Below, one piece after another: positions 1 through 9,779 of a DNA stretch of 64,000 nucleotides (its first letter is position 1; every line of letters starts with the position of its first letter). A program made the position numbers and the translations under genes. Below the pieces are notes generated by a model. The model saw nothing but the letters and a program-made list of their open reading frames with translations, was not told where the DNA came from and did not search any database. The DNA comes from Dehalococcoidia bacterium (GTDB taxonomy: Bacteria > Chloroflexota > Dehalococcoidia > Bin125). The stretch lies in contig CAXXNO010000001.1 of assembly GCA_963663235.2 (NCBI GenBank), positions 53,762 to 117,761 on the forward strand. Reading direction: 5' to 3'.

Positions 1-53
1 CTCGCCGCAACAGTCGCGCCAACGATACACTCGACGCACTGAGTCGTTCGCCC

Positions 54-1019
54 ATGACCGATCCATCGTCCCAGCCTGCCGTCGCCTTGAACGGCGCCAC
101 CTTCTTGTACGAGGGCGGCCGCGGCGTTCACGACGTCACGCTGTCCCTCGCTCCCGGGACGATCCTGGGGTTGCTCGGGCCCAACGGCTCCGGCAAGAGC
201 ACCATCCTCAGCATGGTGGCCGGGTTCCGCACGCCTGCGAGCGGCTCGGTGCGCGTGCTGGGGGCGCACTTGACGTCCCAGGCGCGCGCGCGCATGGGAC
301 TCCTCTTTCAGGAGTCGAGTCTGGACCCCCTCATGACCGTGCAAGAGACGCTGTGGCTGCACGGCCGCCTCTTCGGGCTGGGCGGCGGCGCGCTGCGCGC
401 CCGCTCGCGCGAGCTCCTGCGGCTCGTCGGCCTCGACGATCGCCACCACGATGCGGTCGAGACCCTGTCCGGCGGGCTCAAGCGCCGCCTGGAGCTGGCC
501 CGCTGTCTCCTGCACCGGCCCACGCTGCTCCTGCTTGATGAGCCCACGATCGCCCTGGACCCGGACTCCCGGGTCCAGCTCTGGGACCTGCTCCAGGCCG
601 TCAACGCCGAGGGCGCCGCCCTCCTCCTGGCCACCAACGACGTAGCCGAGGCGGAGCGCTACTGCCACACCGTCGCCTTCCTCGACCGCGGGCGCCTGGT
701 TCGCGAGGGCGCGCCCGCCGACCTCAAGCGCAACCTGCGCCGCGACTCCGTCCGCATCGACTGGCCCCAGCCGCCCCCCGACATCGACGGCGCGCTGATG
801 GGCTGGGACGGCGTCGGCGGCGTCACTTGGGCCCCGCCCATGCTCCACGTCACGGTCGACGACGCCTCCACTTTCGTGCCGGCGCTGTTCGCCGTCTCCG
901 GGGGCGGCATTCGCGGCCTGCGCATCCACGAGTCGACGCTAGAGGACGCCTACTTCCAACTGGTCGGCGCCCCCTTCTCGCCCAACGGGGCCGCGGGCGG
1001 AACGGACCCGCCGGAGTGA
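54..1019 (+). CDS. ABC transporter ATP-binding protein (DrrA/ABC-2 exporter type)
   Basis: Walker A GPNGSGKS, signature LSGGLKRR, Walker B LLLLDEPT, C-terminal TLEDAY motif. Confidence 0.93.
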   Translation: MTDPSSQPAVALNGATFLYEGGRGVHDVTLSLAPGTILGLLGPNGSGKSTILSMVAGFRTPASGSVRVLGAHLTSQARARMGLLFQESSLDPLMTVQETLWLHGRLFGLGGGALRARSRELLRLVGLDDRHHDAVETLSGGLKRRLELARCLLHRPTLLLLDEPTIALDPDSRVQLWDLLQAVNAEGAALLLATNDVAEAERYCHTVAFLDRGRLVREGAPADLKRNLRRDSVRIDWPQPPPDIDGALMGWDGVGGVTWAPPMLHVTVDDASTFVPALFAVSGGGIRGLRIHESTLEDAYFQLVGAPFSPNGAAGGTDPPE

Positions 1020-1816
1020 GCGGCGTCGTCGCCACCGCCGTGGCTTGCAGCGCACTCTTGCAGCGCGACCTCCGGGCCTTCGTGCGCTCCCGCTCGCAGC
1101 TCTACTCGTCCGTGCTGCTGCCCCTGATGCTGCTGGCGATCTTGGGGACGGGCGTCTCCGATGGCCTCGACCCCGCGTCCGAGATCATTCGCGACGGCGA
1201 CTACGTCTCCTACCTCGCGCCGGGCATGATCGCGCTGACGGCGCTCTTCTCCTCCACCTTCTCCAGCGCCTCCTTCTACCGCGACCGCGACAGCGGCATG
1301 CTGCGCACCTTCCTCGCCTCGCCCCACGGCCCGCGCACGATCTTGCTCGGCAAGGCTCTCGCGGCCGTGGTCATCGGAACGGTGCAGGCGCTGCTCATCC
1401 TGGCGGTGGCGGTGGTGATTCCGGGCATCGATCTGGGCTGGCAGTACGGCTGGGTGGGCGGTCTGGGGATGGTGATCGCGGGCGTGCTCGCCCTGAACCT
1501 TTTGCTTTCGGGGCTCGCCCTGCTCCTCGCCACCCGCATCCGCACCATGCAGGGCTTCCACCTGGTCATGAACCTGGTGCTCTTCCCCCTCTTCTTCCTC
1601 TCGGGAGCGTTCTTCCCCTTGCAGGAACTGCCCGATTGGCTCTACGTGCTGGGCTTGATCAATCCGCTCACGTACGCGGTCGATCTCCTGCAGACGGCAG
1701 CCTATGCGGAGAACACGCGCGGCTTCATCGGCCCGGCGATCGACTTCGCGGTACTGGGTGGGCTCGCCTTGCTGCTCTTCACGGTCGGGCTCCGGCGCCA
1801 TCCGCGCCTCATCTGA
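1016..1816 (+). CDS. ABC-2 type transporter permease
   Basis: GTG start overlaps the ATPase stop (GTGA); six hydrophobic segments; FLSGAFFP and NPLTYAVD motifs. Confidence 0.9.
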   Translation: MSGVVATAVACSALLQRDLRAFVRSRSQLYSSVLLPLMLLAILGTGVSDGLDPASEIIRDGDYVSYLAPGMIALTALFSSTFSSASFYRDRDSGMLRTFLASPHGPRTILLGKALAAVVIGTVQALLILAVAVVIPGIDLGWQYGWVGGLGMVIAGVLALNLLLSGLALLLATRIRTMQGFHLVMNLVLFPLFFLSGAFFPLQELPDWLYVLGLINPLTYAVDLLQTAAYAENTRGFIGPAIDFAVLGGLALLLFTVGLRRHPRLI

Positions 1817-1823
1817 GCCGCCC

Positions 1824-2780
1824 CTACAGCACCACCTCATCGACGGCGGCCGCGATGAACAGCAACGGCAAGTAGATGATCGAGTACCAGAAGAGGGTCA
1901 TCGGCGCGATACGGCCTCGCCACAGGCGTCCCGCCAGCGCGATGAAGAGCAGGCCCAGCGCGATCGCCACGCCCAGATAGAGCCACCCCGCCGCTCCCAC
2001 CGCCACCAGCAGCACCGAGGCGACCATCAGCGCGACGGAATACCACAACATCTGACGCTTCGTCGCCGCCTCGCCGACGGCCACCGGCAACATCGGGATC
2101 CCGGCCCGCGCGTACTCATCCTTGTAGCGCAGCGCCAGCGCCCAGAAATGCGGCGGCGTCCAGAGGAAGACGATCAGGAACAGCAGCAGCGGTGCGACCT
2201 CGATGTCGCCGCGCACCGCCGCCCAGCCCACCAGCGGCGGCACCGCGCCCGCCGCGCCACCGATCACGATGTTCTGCGGCGTACGGCGCTTCAACCAGAC
2301 GGTATAGACCAGCACGTAGAACGCGACGGCCGCCAGCGCCAGCGCCGCACTCAAGGCGTTGACGGCCAGCCCTAACTCCACGCCGCCCAGCGCCGCCAGC
2401 GCCAAGCCAAACAGCAGCGCCCGCCGCGGCGTGATCCGTCCCTGCGGCAGCGGCCGTCGGCGTGTGCGTGCCATGACCGCGTCGATGTCGCGGTCGAACC
2501 ACTGGTTCATCGCGTTCGCCCCACCCGCGGTCAGCATGCCGCCGACCAGCGTCAGCAGGACCAGACCGGTATCGGGCCAGCCCTCCGCCGCCAGCACCAT
2601 GGCGGGGACGGTCGTCACCAGCAGGAGCCACACGATCCCCGGCTTGGCCAGGGTCGTGTAGGCGTGCAGCGTGCGCCGGGCCTCTACGACCCAGCCCGCC
2701 CCCTGCGCCGCCAGCGGCGCCGGGAGCTCCGCGCCCACCGTCGCGGACGGCGACCGCATCTGCGCCGGCTTGCTAGTCAT
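1824..2780 (-). CDS. ctaB: Protoheme IX farnesyltransferase (heme O synthase)
   Basis: NQWFDRDIDAVMARTRRRPLP, LKRRTPQNIVIGGAAG, WTPPHFWALA and DEYARAGIPMLP motifs; start placed at ATG 2780. Confidence 0.95.
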   Translation of the reverse strand: MTSKPAQMRSPSATVGAELPAPLAAQGAGWVVEARRTLHAYTTLAKPGIVWLLLVTTVPAMVLAAEGWPDTGLVLLTLVGGMLTAGGANAMNQWFDRDIDAVMARTRRRPLPQGRITPRRALLFGLALAALGGVELGLAVNALSAALALAAVAFYVLVYTVWLKRRTPQNIVIGGAAGAVPPLVGWAAVRGDIEVAPLLLFLIVFLWTPPHFWALALRYKDEYARAGIPMLPVAVGEAATKRQMLWYSVALMVASVLLVAVGAAGWLYLGVAIALGLLFIALAGRLWRGRIAPMTLFWYSIIYLPLLFIAAAVDEVVL

Positions 2781-3828
2781 TGGCCCGTCTCTCCGCCATC
2801 CGCGGCCGCCACGGCCGCAGGCTGGGCCGCGGCCCGGTCCGTGCCACGGAGGGGACCCAGGCCGCTCGCTCCGCCGCCCACGCCGCCAGCACGGTTGCGC
2901 CGAGCCAGAGCGACGCCGCCACGGCCACGTGAAGCACGCGCGCCCACTCCGTGAGTGTGGTCCAGATATTAGCCGCACCGATAAACACCTGCGCCAGGTA
3001 CAAGGCCCCAACCACGACCGCCAGCAGCAGGAGGCGCGGCTCCGTCCGCCGGCCTCGCCAGGCTGCGATCATCGTCGCCAGCACGACGAGTCCCACGCCG
3101 GCCGCAAGGTAGCGGTGCGCCATGTGCAGCGCCGGCCGATCGCCCGCGGGCAGGAGACTGTCGTTGCACAGCGGCCAGCCGCCGCAGGCGAAGCCGGCCT
3201 CCGAACCCGAGACCCAGGACCCCACCAGCATTAACGCCAGCACGCTCACCAGCGTCGCGGCGGCCAGTCGCGCCGTGACGACGGCGGGCCCGCCGCCTAC
3301 CCGGAGAGCGGGCCCGGCCCGCCGCGCCGAGGGCGTCGCGAAGCTGGCAAGCAATCCCACGGTGAGGAGCAGCACCAGCACGAGCGCCGTGCCCAAGTGC
3401 GCCGTCACGATCTCCGGCGGAAGATTTTCCGTGACGGTGAGCCCGCCCAGGATCACCTGCACCCCCAGCACCACCAGCGCCGCGGTGATCGGCAAGACCA
3501 CCCAGGCCCGGTCCCGATGCGCCCTCCACGCGCCGATGACGAAAGCGACGATCGCCAGCCCTACGATGCTGGCCACCAGCCGGTGCGTCCATTCGATCCA
3601 CACGTGGTAGTCGCCCCCGGGTACGAGCTTGCCGTTGCAGAGCGGCCAGTCCGGGCAAGCCAGGCCGGAGTCGGTGACGCGCACGGTCGCCCCCAGTGTG
3701 ATCAGGGCGACCGTTCCTGCCAGTGTGGCCATCCCCCACAACTGGAACACGCTGGGGCGTCGCCGCCTTACGGCCCCGCTCACCGCGGTGGACCCGTCAC
3801 GCTCGCGCGCCGCTCCGCGATCACGCAT
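2773..3828 (-). CDS. ctaA: Heme A synthase (CtaA/COX15)
   Basis: SGLACPDWPLCNG, EWTHR, a second CGGWPLC and HMAHR repeat; located in the oxidase operon. Start uncertain. Confidence 0.92.
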   Translation of the reverse strand: MRDRGAARERDGSTAVSGAVRRRRPSVFQLWGMATLAGTVALITLGATVRVTDSGLACPDWPLCNGKLVPGGDYHVWIEWTHRLVASIVGLAIVAFVIGAWRAHRDRAWVVLPITAALVVLGVQVILGGLTVTENLPPEIVTAHLGTALVLVLLLTVGLLASFATPSARRAGPALRVGGGPAVVTARLAAATLVSVLALMLVGSWVSGSEAGFACGGWPLCNDSLLPAGDRPALHMAHRYLAAGVGLVVLATMIAAWRGRRTEPRLLLLAVVVGALYLAQVFIGAANIWTTLTEWARVLHVAVAASLWLGATVLAAWAAERAAWVPSVARTGPRPSLRPWRPRMAERRAND

Positions 3829-4768
3829 GCCGCTTTGCCAAGTCACGCACCAGGTCGCCCCGCCGCCCTTTGAAGTGTTCGTGTTCCGCCCAGTAGTACA
3901 CGGTAGTCAGGATTGCGAGGAAGAACATCATGGTGCCCGGGACCCACATGACGCCGGCGCCGATGCGCTGGTCGGTGAGAGCGCTCGGGCCCCAGTCACG
4001 CGCGACATCCACGTAGATAGCGTACAGCGGGTCGTCTGTGCCGCTCAGGATCAGCGCCAGCGCAATGGTCTGCAGGACCGCCGCGATGAGCAACGCAATC
4101 CGTCCGATGTGCGCCGGTCGCAGCCGCGTGGCGTCCACCGCGACGATCAGCCACCAGAAGAGCGCCGCCGTGACGACGAAGCTGCCGTGCTCCACGCCAT
4201 GGACCACTTCGTTGCGCACGGCCGCCTGGTAGGCGCCGGGCACATGCCAGACCGAGATAGCCACGACGAACAAGACCAGCGCCACCGGCGGATAGGTGAG
4301 GACGCGCAGCGCCCGGCTCTCCAGCAGCGGGATGAAATAGGTGCGCCGCACCCGCGTCGACGCCGACCGCAGCGCCAGCGTGGCCGGCGCTCCCAGCAGC
4401 AGCAGCGGCACGACCACCATGACCATCACCATGTGTTGCACCATGTGCACCCAGAAGAGGTCGTCGCCGTAGTTGTCGATGGGCGAGACCTCCACCAGCA
4501 GCAGCAACAGCGCCCCCGCCCCGAACGCCGCCACATGCCAGGCCGGAAAGTGGAACGTCGGCGCGCACCGCCGCAGCCGCACATATCCCCAGCCGTACAG
4601 CCCCACGAGCACCGCGACGGTCACGAATCCGACCGGGGCCAGCGACCACTCCGCCAGCGCGTCGGGAAAGCGGCCGCTCACCGCTGCTCCGCCGTGCGCC
4701 AGCGCGACGCTGGGCGTCAGCGCCAGGGCAGCCGCAGCCGCGATGATCCATGTTCGGCGCCTCAGCAC
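3821..4768 (-). CDS. ctaG: Cytochrome c oxidase assembly factor, caa3-type CtaG
   Basis: HMVQHM, WHVP, HGVEH and DQRIGAGVMWVPG motifs; multiple TM helices. Confidence 0.9.
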   Translation of the reverse strand: MLRRRTWIIAAAAALALTPSVALAHGGAAVSGRFPDALAEWSLAPVGFVTVAVLVGLYGWGYVRLRRCAPTFHFPAWHVAAFGAGALLLLLVEVSPIDNYGDDLFWVHMVQHMVMVMVVVPLLLLGAPATLALRSASTRVRRTYFIPLLESRALRVLTYPPVALVLFVVAISVWHVPGAYQAAVRNEVVHGVEHGSFVVTAALFWWLIVAVDATRLRPAHIGRIALLIAAVLQTIALALILSGTDDPLYAIYVDVARDWGPSALTDQRIGAGVMWVPGTMMFFLAILTTVYYWAEHEHFKGRRGDLVRDLAKRHA

Positions 4769-4824
4769 GTCCCATTCCTACCGGCGGCGCCATGGCCCAC
4801 CCACTGCCCCGCGCGCACGCAAGT

Positions 4825-5436
4825 TTAGACGATGAAGAGCAGCGAGAAGAGCAGGATCCAGACCACGTCGACGAAGTGCCAGTACATCGACGCGGCCTCC
4901 ACCGCGGTGTTGCGCTCGGCGTCGAAGTGGCCCAGGTAGGTCCGCAGCCACAGCGTGAAGATGAACAGCAGCCCACCGAGCACGTGCGCGCCGTGGAAGC
5001 CCGTCAGCAGGTAGAACGTGGCCCCGTACGGCCCGTCGCTGATGCCAAAGTCCAGCGCCGCCCATTCCAGCCCGGTGTTGATGATGAACGCCGTTCCCAG
5101 CACCAGCGTGAAGAGCAGCCCCCAGCGCAGGGCCCGGCGATTGCCCGTGCGGATCGCCACCGCCGCCCACTGCATCGGGATGCTGCTGGCCAGCAGGAAG
5201 ATGGTGAAGAGGATCGGCCGGAAGCCCACCTCCAGCGTCTCCCCCCCGTTGGCGGGCGCCCACACCAGCGCGTCGTTGCGGAGCGCCAGGTAGGCGGCGA
5301 TGAGGCCGGAGAAGAACATCACCTCCGAGAAGATGAAGAAGACCATCCCCCAGAGCCCTACGGTCATGGGCTCTTCGCCCACAAAGATGCGGCGCAGGAA
5401 GTGGGGCTGCCGGGCGGCGTGCGCTTGGGTTGTCAT
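4825..5436 (-). CDS. ctaE: Cytochrome c oxidase subunit III (short, ~5-TM form)
   Basis: FIFSEVMFF, LTGFHGAHV and YWHFVDVVW motifs. Confidence 0.95.
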   Translation of the reverse strand: MTTQAHAARQPHFLRRIFVGEEPMTVGLWGMVFFIFSEVMFFSGLIAAYLALRNDALVWAPANGGETLEVGFRPILFTIFLLASSIPMQWAAVAIRTGNRRALRWGLLFTLVLGTAFIINTGLEWAALDFGISDGPYGATFYLLTGFHGAHVLGGLLFIFTLWLRTYLGHFDAERNTAVEAASMYWHFVDVVWILLFSLLFIV

Positions 5437-5446
5437 GCCGCCCTCC

Positions 5447-7147
5447 CTACCCATCCTTCGGCGTCGCGGGCGGCGGCTCCGACCCGTCGCTGTGCGCTTC
5501 GGCCTCGTGAACGCCCCAGCGTTGGTCGAACAACGGCCGATCGGAGCGGATCTCCGGCAGGGAATCGAAATTGTGCGGCGGCGGCGGTGACGTGGTGGCC
5601 CACTCCAGCGTGTTGGCCTCCCACGGATCGTCCGGCGCGCGTGGCCCGTAGATGGCGGAGTAGATCAGGTTGAAGAGGAACGGCAACACCGCCACCGCCA
5701 CGACGAACGCGCCGATGCTGGAGATCATGTTCATGAGCTCCCAGCCGCCGTTGGCGGCGTAGTCGTTGATCCGCCGCGGCATGCCGTCCAGGCCCAGCAT
5801 CAGTTGCGGCCAAAACAGCATGTTTGCGCCGAGGAACGTCAGCGCGAAGTGCACCTTGCCCAGCCCCTCGTTCATCATCCGGCCGAACATCTTGGGATAC
5901 CAGTAGTACACCGCGGCGAAGACACCGAAGGCGGAGCCGGTCGCCAGGACGTAGTGCAGGTGGCTCACCACGAAATACGTGTCGTGCAAGGCGAAGTCCA
6001 CCGGCACCGCCGCGAAGAACACGCCGGTGATGCCGCCGATGAGGAAGAGCATCAGGAAGCCCACCGCGAACAGCATGGCGCTGGTCAGCTGCACGGCCCC
6101 CCGGAACATGGTGGCCATCCAGTTGAAGAACTTCACGCCCGTGGGAATCGCGATGAGGAAGGTGGACGCCATGAAGAAGGGGAGGAAGACGCCGCCGGTG
6201 GTGAACATGTGATGTGCCCACACGATGAACCCCAGCAGGCCGATCGCCACCAGCGCCAGCACCATGGACGTATACCCGAACAGCGGTTTGCGGCTGAAGA
6301 CGGGGATGATCTCGGAGACCGCTCCCATCGCCGGCAGCACCATGATGTAGACGGCCGGGTGCGAGTAGAACCAGAACAGGTTCTGCCACAGCAGCACCTG
6401 CCCGCCCCGGCCCGTGGGGTCAAAGAAGGCGCCCCCGGCGCCGTTGCGGTCCGCGAACAGCAGGATCAACGTCGCCGCCAGCACCGGCGTCGCCAGCAGG
6501 ACCAAGAACGATGTCACCAACGTCGTCCAGGTGAACAGCGACAGCCGGAACATGGTCAGCCCGGGCGCGCGCATCTTGAAAATCGTCGTGAGGAAGTTGA
6601 TCGCCCCGGCCGTCGACGCCGCCCCCAGGATCACCACCCCCACCAGCCAGAGGTCCACCCCGATTCCGAGCGGTTGGGCATTGTTCCCCGTGTTGCTGGA
6701 CACCGGCGCGTACGAGGTCCAGCCCGCCGACGCGCTCCCGCCGTCGAAGGCAAACGAGCTGATCAGCAGCACGCCGCCGAAGGCGAACATCCAATAGGAA
6801 AGCGCGTTGATACGGGGGAACGCCATGTCCGCCGCCCCCAACTGCAGCGGCACGATGTAGTTCATGAAGCCCGCCGACACGGGCAGGATGAACAGGAACA
6901 GCATGATGGTGCCATGCATGGTGAAGAACTGGTTGTAGAGGTGCGCGTCGAGGATCGCGCCCGTCTCCGCCAGTTCGGTGCGCATCACCAGCGAGAACGC
7001 GCCGCCCACCATGGCGAAGGCGAAGGCCGAGACGATGTAGAGGATGCCGATCTTCTTGTGGTCGGTGGTAGTGGCCCAGTCCAGCACGGCACTCACCCAG
7101 CCCACGCCCGCGTAGGGGGTTGCCGCCGGTGGTGCTACCGTCGCCAT
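5447..7147 (-). CDS. ctaD: Cytochrome c oxidase subunit I, type A2
   Basis: DHKKIG, TMHGT, WFYSHPAVY (A2 YS signature rather than GHPEVY), WAHHMF, HDTYFVVSHLHY and GMPRR motifs; start at ATG 7147. Confidence 0.97.
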   Translation of the reverse strand: MATVAPPAATPYAGVGWVSAVLDWATTTDHKKIGILYIVSAFAFAMVGGAFSLVMRTELAETGAILDAHLYNQFFTMHGTIMLFLFILPVSAGFMNYIVPLQLGAADMAFPRINALSYWMFAFGGVLLISSFAFDGGSASAGWTSYAPVSSNTGNNAQPLGIGVDLWLVGVVILGAASTAGAINFLTTIFKMRAPGLTMFRLSLFTWTTLVTSFLVLLATPVLAATLILLFADRNGAGGAFFDPTGRGGQVLLWQNLFWFYSHPAVYIMVLPAMGAVSEIIPVFSRKPLFGYTSMVLALVAIGLLGFIVWAHHMFTTGGVFLPFFMASTFLIAIPTGVKFFNWMATMFRGAVQLTSAMLFAVGFLMLFLIGGITGVFFAAVPVDFALHDTYFVVSHLHYVLATGSAFGVFAAVYYWYPKMFGRMMNEGLGKVHFALTFLGANMLFWPQLMLGLDGMPRRINDYAANGGWELMNMISSIGAFVVAVAVLPFLFNLIYSAIYGPRAPDDPWEANTLEWATTSPPPPHNFDSLPEIRSDRPLFDQRWGVHEAEAHSDGSEPPPATPKDG

Positions 7148-7197
7148 CGCTTGTCCTTCCCCGCTCTCCGGCGGACTCTGTCCGCCGCGCGGATGGC

Positions 7198-7434
7198 CTA
7201 CTCCAGCGTCCGGAGCCAGGCGTGGATATCGGCCACGTCCCTGTCCGGCACGCTGTCCGCCGGGAACGCCGGCATCTGATCCCGCGGGTTGCGGTACTGA
7301 CGGATCTCTTCCTCCAGCGTCAGCGCCGGCGGCCCGATCTTCGGCCCGATGCCGCCTTGCCCTGTGTCGCCGTGGCACACGTTGCAGCCGTTCTGGAAGA
7401 ACAGTTGCTGGCCCCGCGCCGGGTCGCCCCTCAC
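7198..7434 (-). CDS. Class I cytochrome c domain, probably the frameshift-separated C-terminus of subunit II
   Basis: GDPARGQQLF..CNVCHG..GP..MPAF; GTG 7434 overlaps the subunit II TGA; no signal peptide. Confidence 0.8.
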   Translation of the reverse strand: MRGDPARGQQLFFQNGCNVCHGDTGQGGIGPKIGPPALTLEEEIRQYRNPRDQMPAFPADSVPDRDVADIHAWLRTLE

Positions 7435-8546
7435 GGGCCCTCCCCCGCCGCTTCCGCTGCCATCCCGGGGGCCGCCGCTTCTTCCTCCGTCACGGGAGGC
7501 GGCGCAGCGCCCAGCGCCGCCGCCAGCCTCTCCAGCCGCCAGGCCTCGTATTCGTCCGGCTCCAGGGCGCGCACGGTGAAGATCATGCGGGCGTGATCGC
7601 GCCCACAGAACTCGGCGCACTGCCCCTCATAGAGTCCCGCCTCGGTCACGTTGATCCACATCGACTGCACGCGCCCCGGCACGACGTCCAGCTTGTAGAG
7701 GAACTGCGGCGTGTAGAAAGAGTGGATGACGTCCTGCGACGCCAGATTGAACCGCACGGTGATGTCCGTCGGCACGGTCACGATCGGCGTCGGCCGGATG
7801 ACCTCTTCGCCCGTCGCCGGGTCGACGCTCACCAGGCTATCCAGCCGCCCCGGCTCGACGGCGGTTTCGGTGCCGTCGAAGATCAGGTCGATCGGCGTGC
7901 CCGCGTCGTGCTGCTCCGCCACCGTCCCATCGACGGCTCGATCGACGGTGATGGCGCCCCCATCGATCGCGGTCACCCGCATGTGCTCCACATCCAGGCG
8001 GATCACCGTGCTGAAGGGCGCCAGGCCCTGGAACGCCCCCGCGTCGCTGACGGTCAGCACGCTGCTCACGGCGCCCTCGGCGACCGCCTCGGCGACCGTG
8101 ACGTCCAGCCGTTCGGAGTAGCGGAAGGCCCAGGTCCACTGCCGCCCCAGCACATCGACCGTCTCCACCCGCTCATCCTCCGGCGGCGACGATTCGATGT
8201 CGTCCAGCACCATGAACGTCACCACGAACAGCGCGATGACGATCGCAGCCGGCGTAGCGGTCCAGATGACCTCCACCAGTTGGTTCCCGTGCGTCTGCTT
8301 GGGCAGCGCGTCGCCCCGGCGACGGTACCGCAGCACGATGTAGATGATCGCCGCCTCGACGGCCACGAACACCACCGCCGCCACCACGAACACGATCATG
8401 TACAGCGCGCGGATGTCGTCGCCTTGCTCGCTCTTGGCCTCGGGCGGGAACACCTGCGCCCCCGCCACGCCCGCCGTGACGGTCAGCGCGAGGAATACAG
8501 CCACCAGTGCGACGTTGAGTCGCATGAGCCCAGACCTCCACGCCAT
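7431..8546 (-). CDS. ctaC: Cytochrome c oxidase subunit II with a ~100-aa insertion
   Basis: HGNQLVEVIWT, QWTWAFRY, DVIHSF and CuA motif CAEFCGRDHARM; start could be 8561, 8546 or 8525. Confidence 0.93.
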   Translation of the reverse strand: MAWRSGLMRLNVALVAVFLALTVTAGVAGAQVFPPEAKSEQGDDIRALYMIVFVVAAVVFVAVEAAIIYIVLRYRRRGDALPKQTHGNQLVEVIWTATPAAIVIALFVVTFMVLDDIESSPPEDERVETVDVLGRQWTWAFRYSERLDVTVAEAVAEGAVSSVLTVSDAGAFQGLAPFSTVIRLDVEHMRVTAIDGGAITVDRAVDGTVAEQHDAGTPIDLIFDGTETAVEPGRLDSLVSVDPATGEEVIRPTPIVTVPTDITVRFNLASQDVIHSFYTPQFLYKLDVVPGRVQSMWINVTEAGLYEGQCAEFCGRDHARMIFTVRALEPDEYEAWRLERLAAALGAAPPPVTEEEAAAPGMAAEAAGEGP

Positions 8547-8594
8547 ACCGACCTCGCGCATGCGCGCCCCTGTCTGTCTCGCGGCCGCCTGGGG

Positions 8595-9599
8595 CTAGTG
8601 GCCCGCGGCGAACTGTTGAATGTCTTCGCTCAGCCAGCCCAGCGTGCCCAGCACGGTCAGCGCGATCCCCGCGCCCAGCAGCTCCGCGGGGAACACCACG
8701 CCGAAAGCGCTCAGCATGATACCAAGGGCCAGCACGATGGGGCTGGCGGACGGCGGCGCCACGTGCCCCGGCGCCCCCTCCGCGGCCGCCCCGTGAGCAC
8801 CGACGGTGATCGCACCGCCGAACGCCAGGACGTCCTCCCACAGCCAGCCCAGCGTGCCCGCGATCGTGATCGCCAATCCGGCTCCCAGCAACTCCGCCGG
8901 AAACACGACGCCGAACGCCGTCACCGCCGCGCCCAGGCCGATCAGGATGGGGAACGGGGATCCGTGCGCCTCATGCGCAGGGGCGTGCTCCGCCCCGGCT
9001 TCCAGGAGCGGCAGCGCCGCCTCGGTCGGCGCCGCCAGCGCGGCGGCCCCTTCTCGCCCTGCGGCACGCGGTGTCCCATACGCCGTCTCCATGCCCCGGC
9101 GCGCGGGACGGTAGACCCGCGGCCGCAGAACCGGCGGCAGCAGCATCATCAGCGCCCTCAGGACATCCGGCCCTGAATACGCGTCGATCACCTCAAAGCC
9201 GAACCGCGGCGTCCATTTCCAGACCCGCAGGCCCGCCAGTTTGATCCCGAGTTGCTGGCAGAGGCGGTTGGCGCGCCCCCCCTGGCCGGCCGGCACGTAG
9301 AGGTGCAGGGGGCCGGCCAGCGACAGCGGGAGCCAGTGCTCCCGCGCCATCTCCTCCGTCACCTCGTCCCGCAGCGTCACCACGCCGAGCATCACGATAA
9401 AGTGTCCCGGCTCTTGCACGGCCAGAATGTCTGGGTAAATCCAGCCGCCGCTGCGGACCTGGATGCCCATCGTCCGCTCTGGGGCGTTGGTGACCGTCTG
9501 CCAGTTAGCGTGGGCCTCGTCGGGGAAGGCGAACCGCGCGCCCGCGATATGCTCGACGACATCGGCGAGCTTCGTGCGTTCCGCTTCGACCGTCGGCAT
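8595..9599 (-). CDS. Oxidase-operon protein: soluble N-terminal domain plus two tandem 2-TM subunit IV/CoxIII-N-like repeats
   Basis: First gene of the cta operon; two internal repeats containing FGVVFPAELLGAG...GTLGWL.ED. Confidence 0.75.
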   Translation of the reverse strand: MPTVEAERTKLADVVEHIAGARFAFPDEAHANWQTVTNAPERTMGIQVRSGGWIYPDILAVQEPGHFIVMLGVVTLRDEVTEEMAREHWLPLSLAGPLHLYVPAGQGGRANRLCQQLGIKLAGLRVWKWTPRFGFEVIDAYSGPDVLRALMMLLPPVLRPRVYRPARRGMETAYGTPRAAGREGAAALAAPTEAALPLLEAGAEHAPAHEAHGSPFPILIGLGAAVTAFGVVFPAELLGAGLAITIAGTLGWLWEDVLAFGGAITVGAHGAAAEGAPGHVAPPSASPIVLALGIMLSAFGVVFPAELLGAGIALTVLGTLGWLSEDIQQFAAGH

Positions 9600-9779
9600 G
9601 CGCCCGCGCCCCCCGCCCTTCTTTGGACGTCGTGTGATGCCGAGACTCAGTCTGCGCGATAGTGCACCCTGGCACAAGCCCGGCAGGCACCCCCAAGCAA
9701 CACGCCCATCGGCCGGGGTCAACGCTCCCGGCTGAGGCCGGCGCTTCGCGGTTTGGGGACGCGAGGGCGGTTGGGGGGT

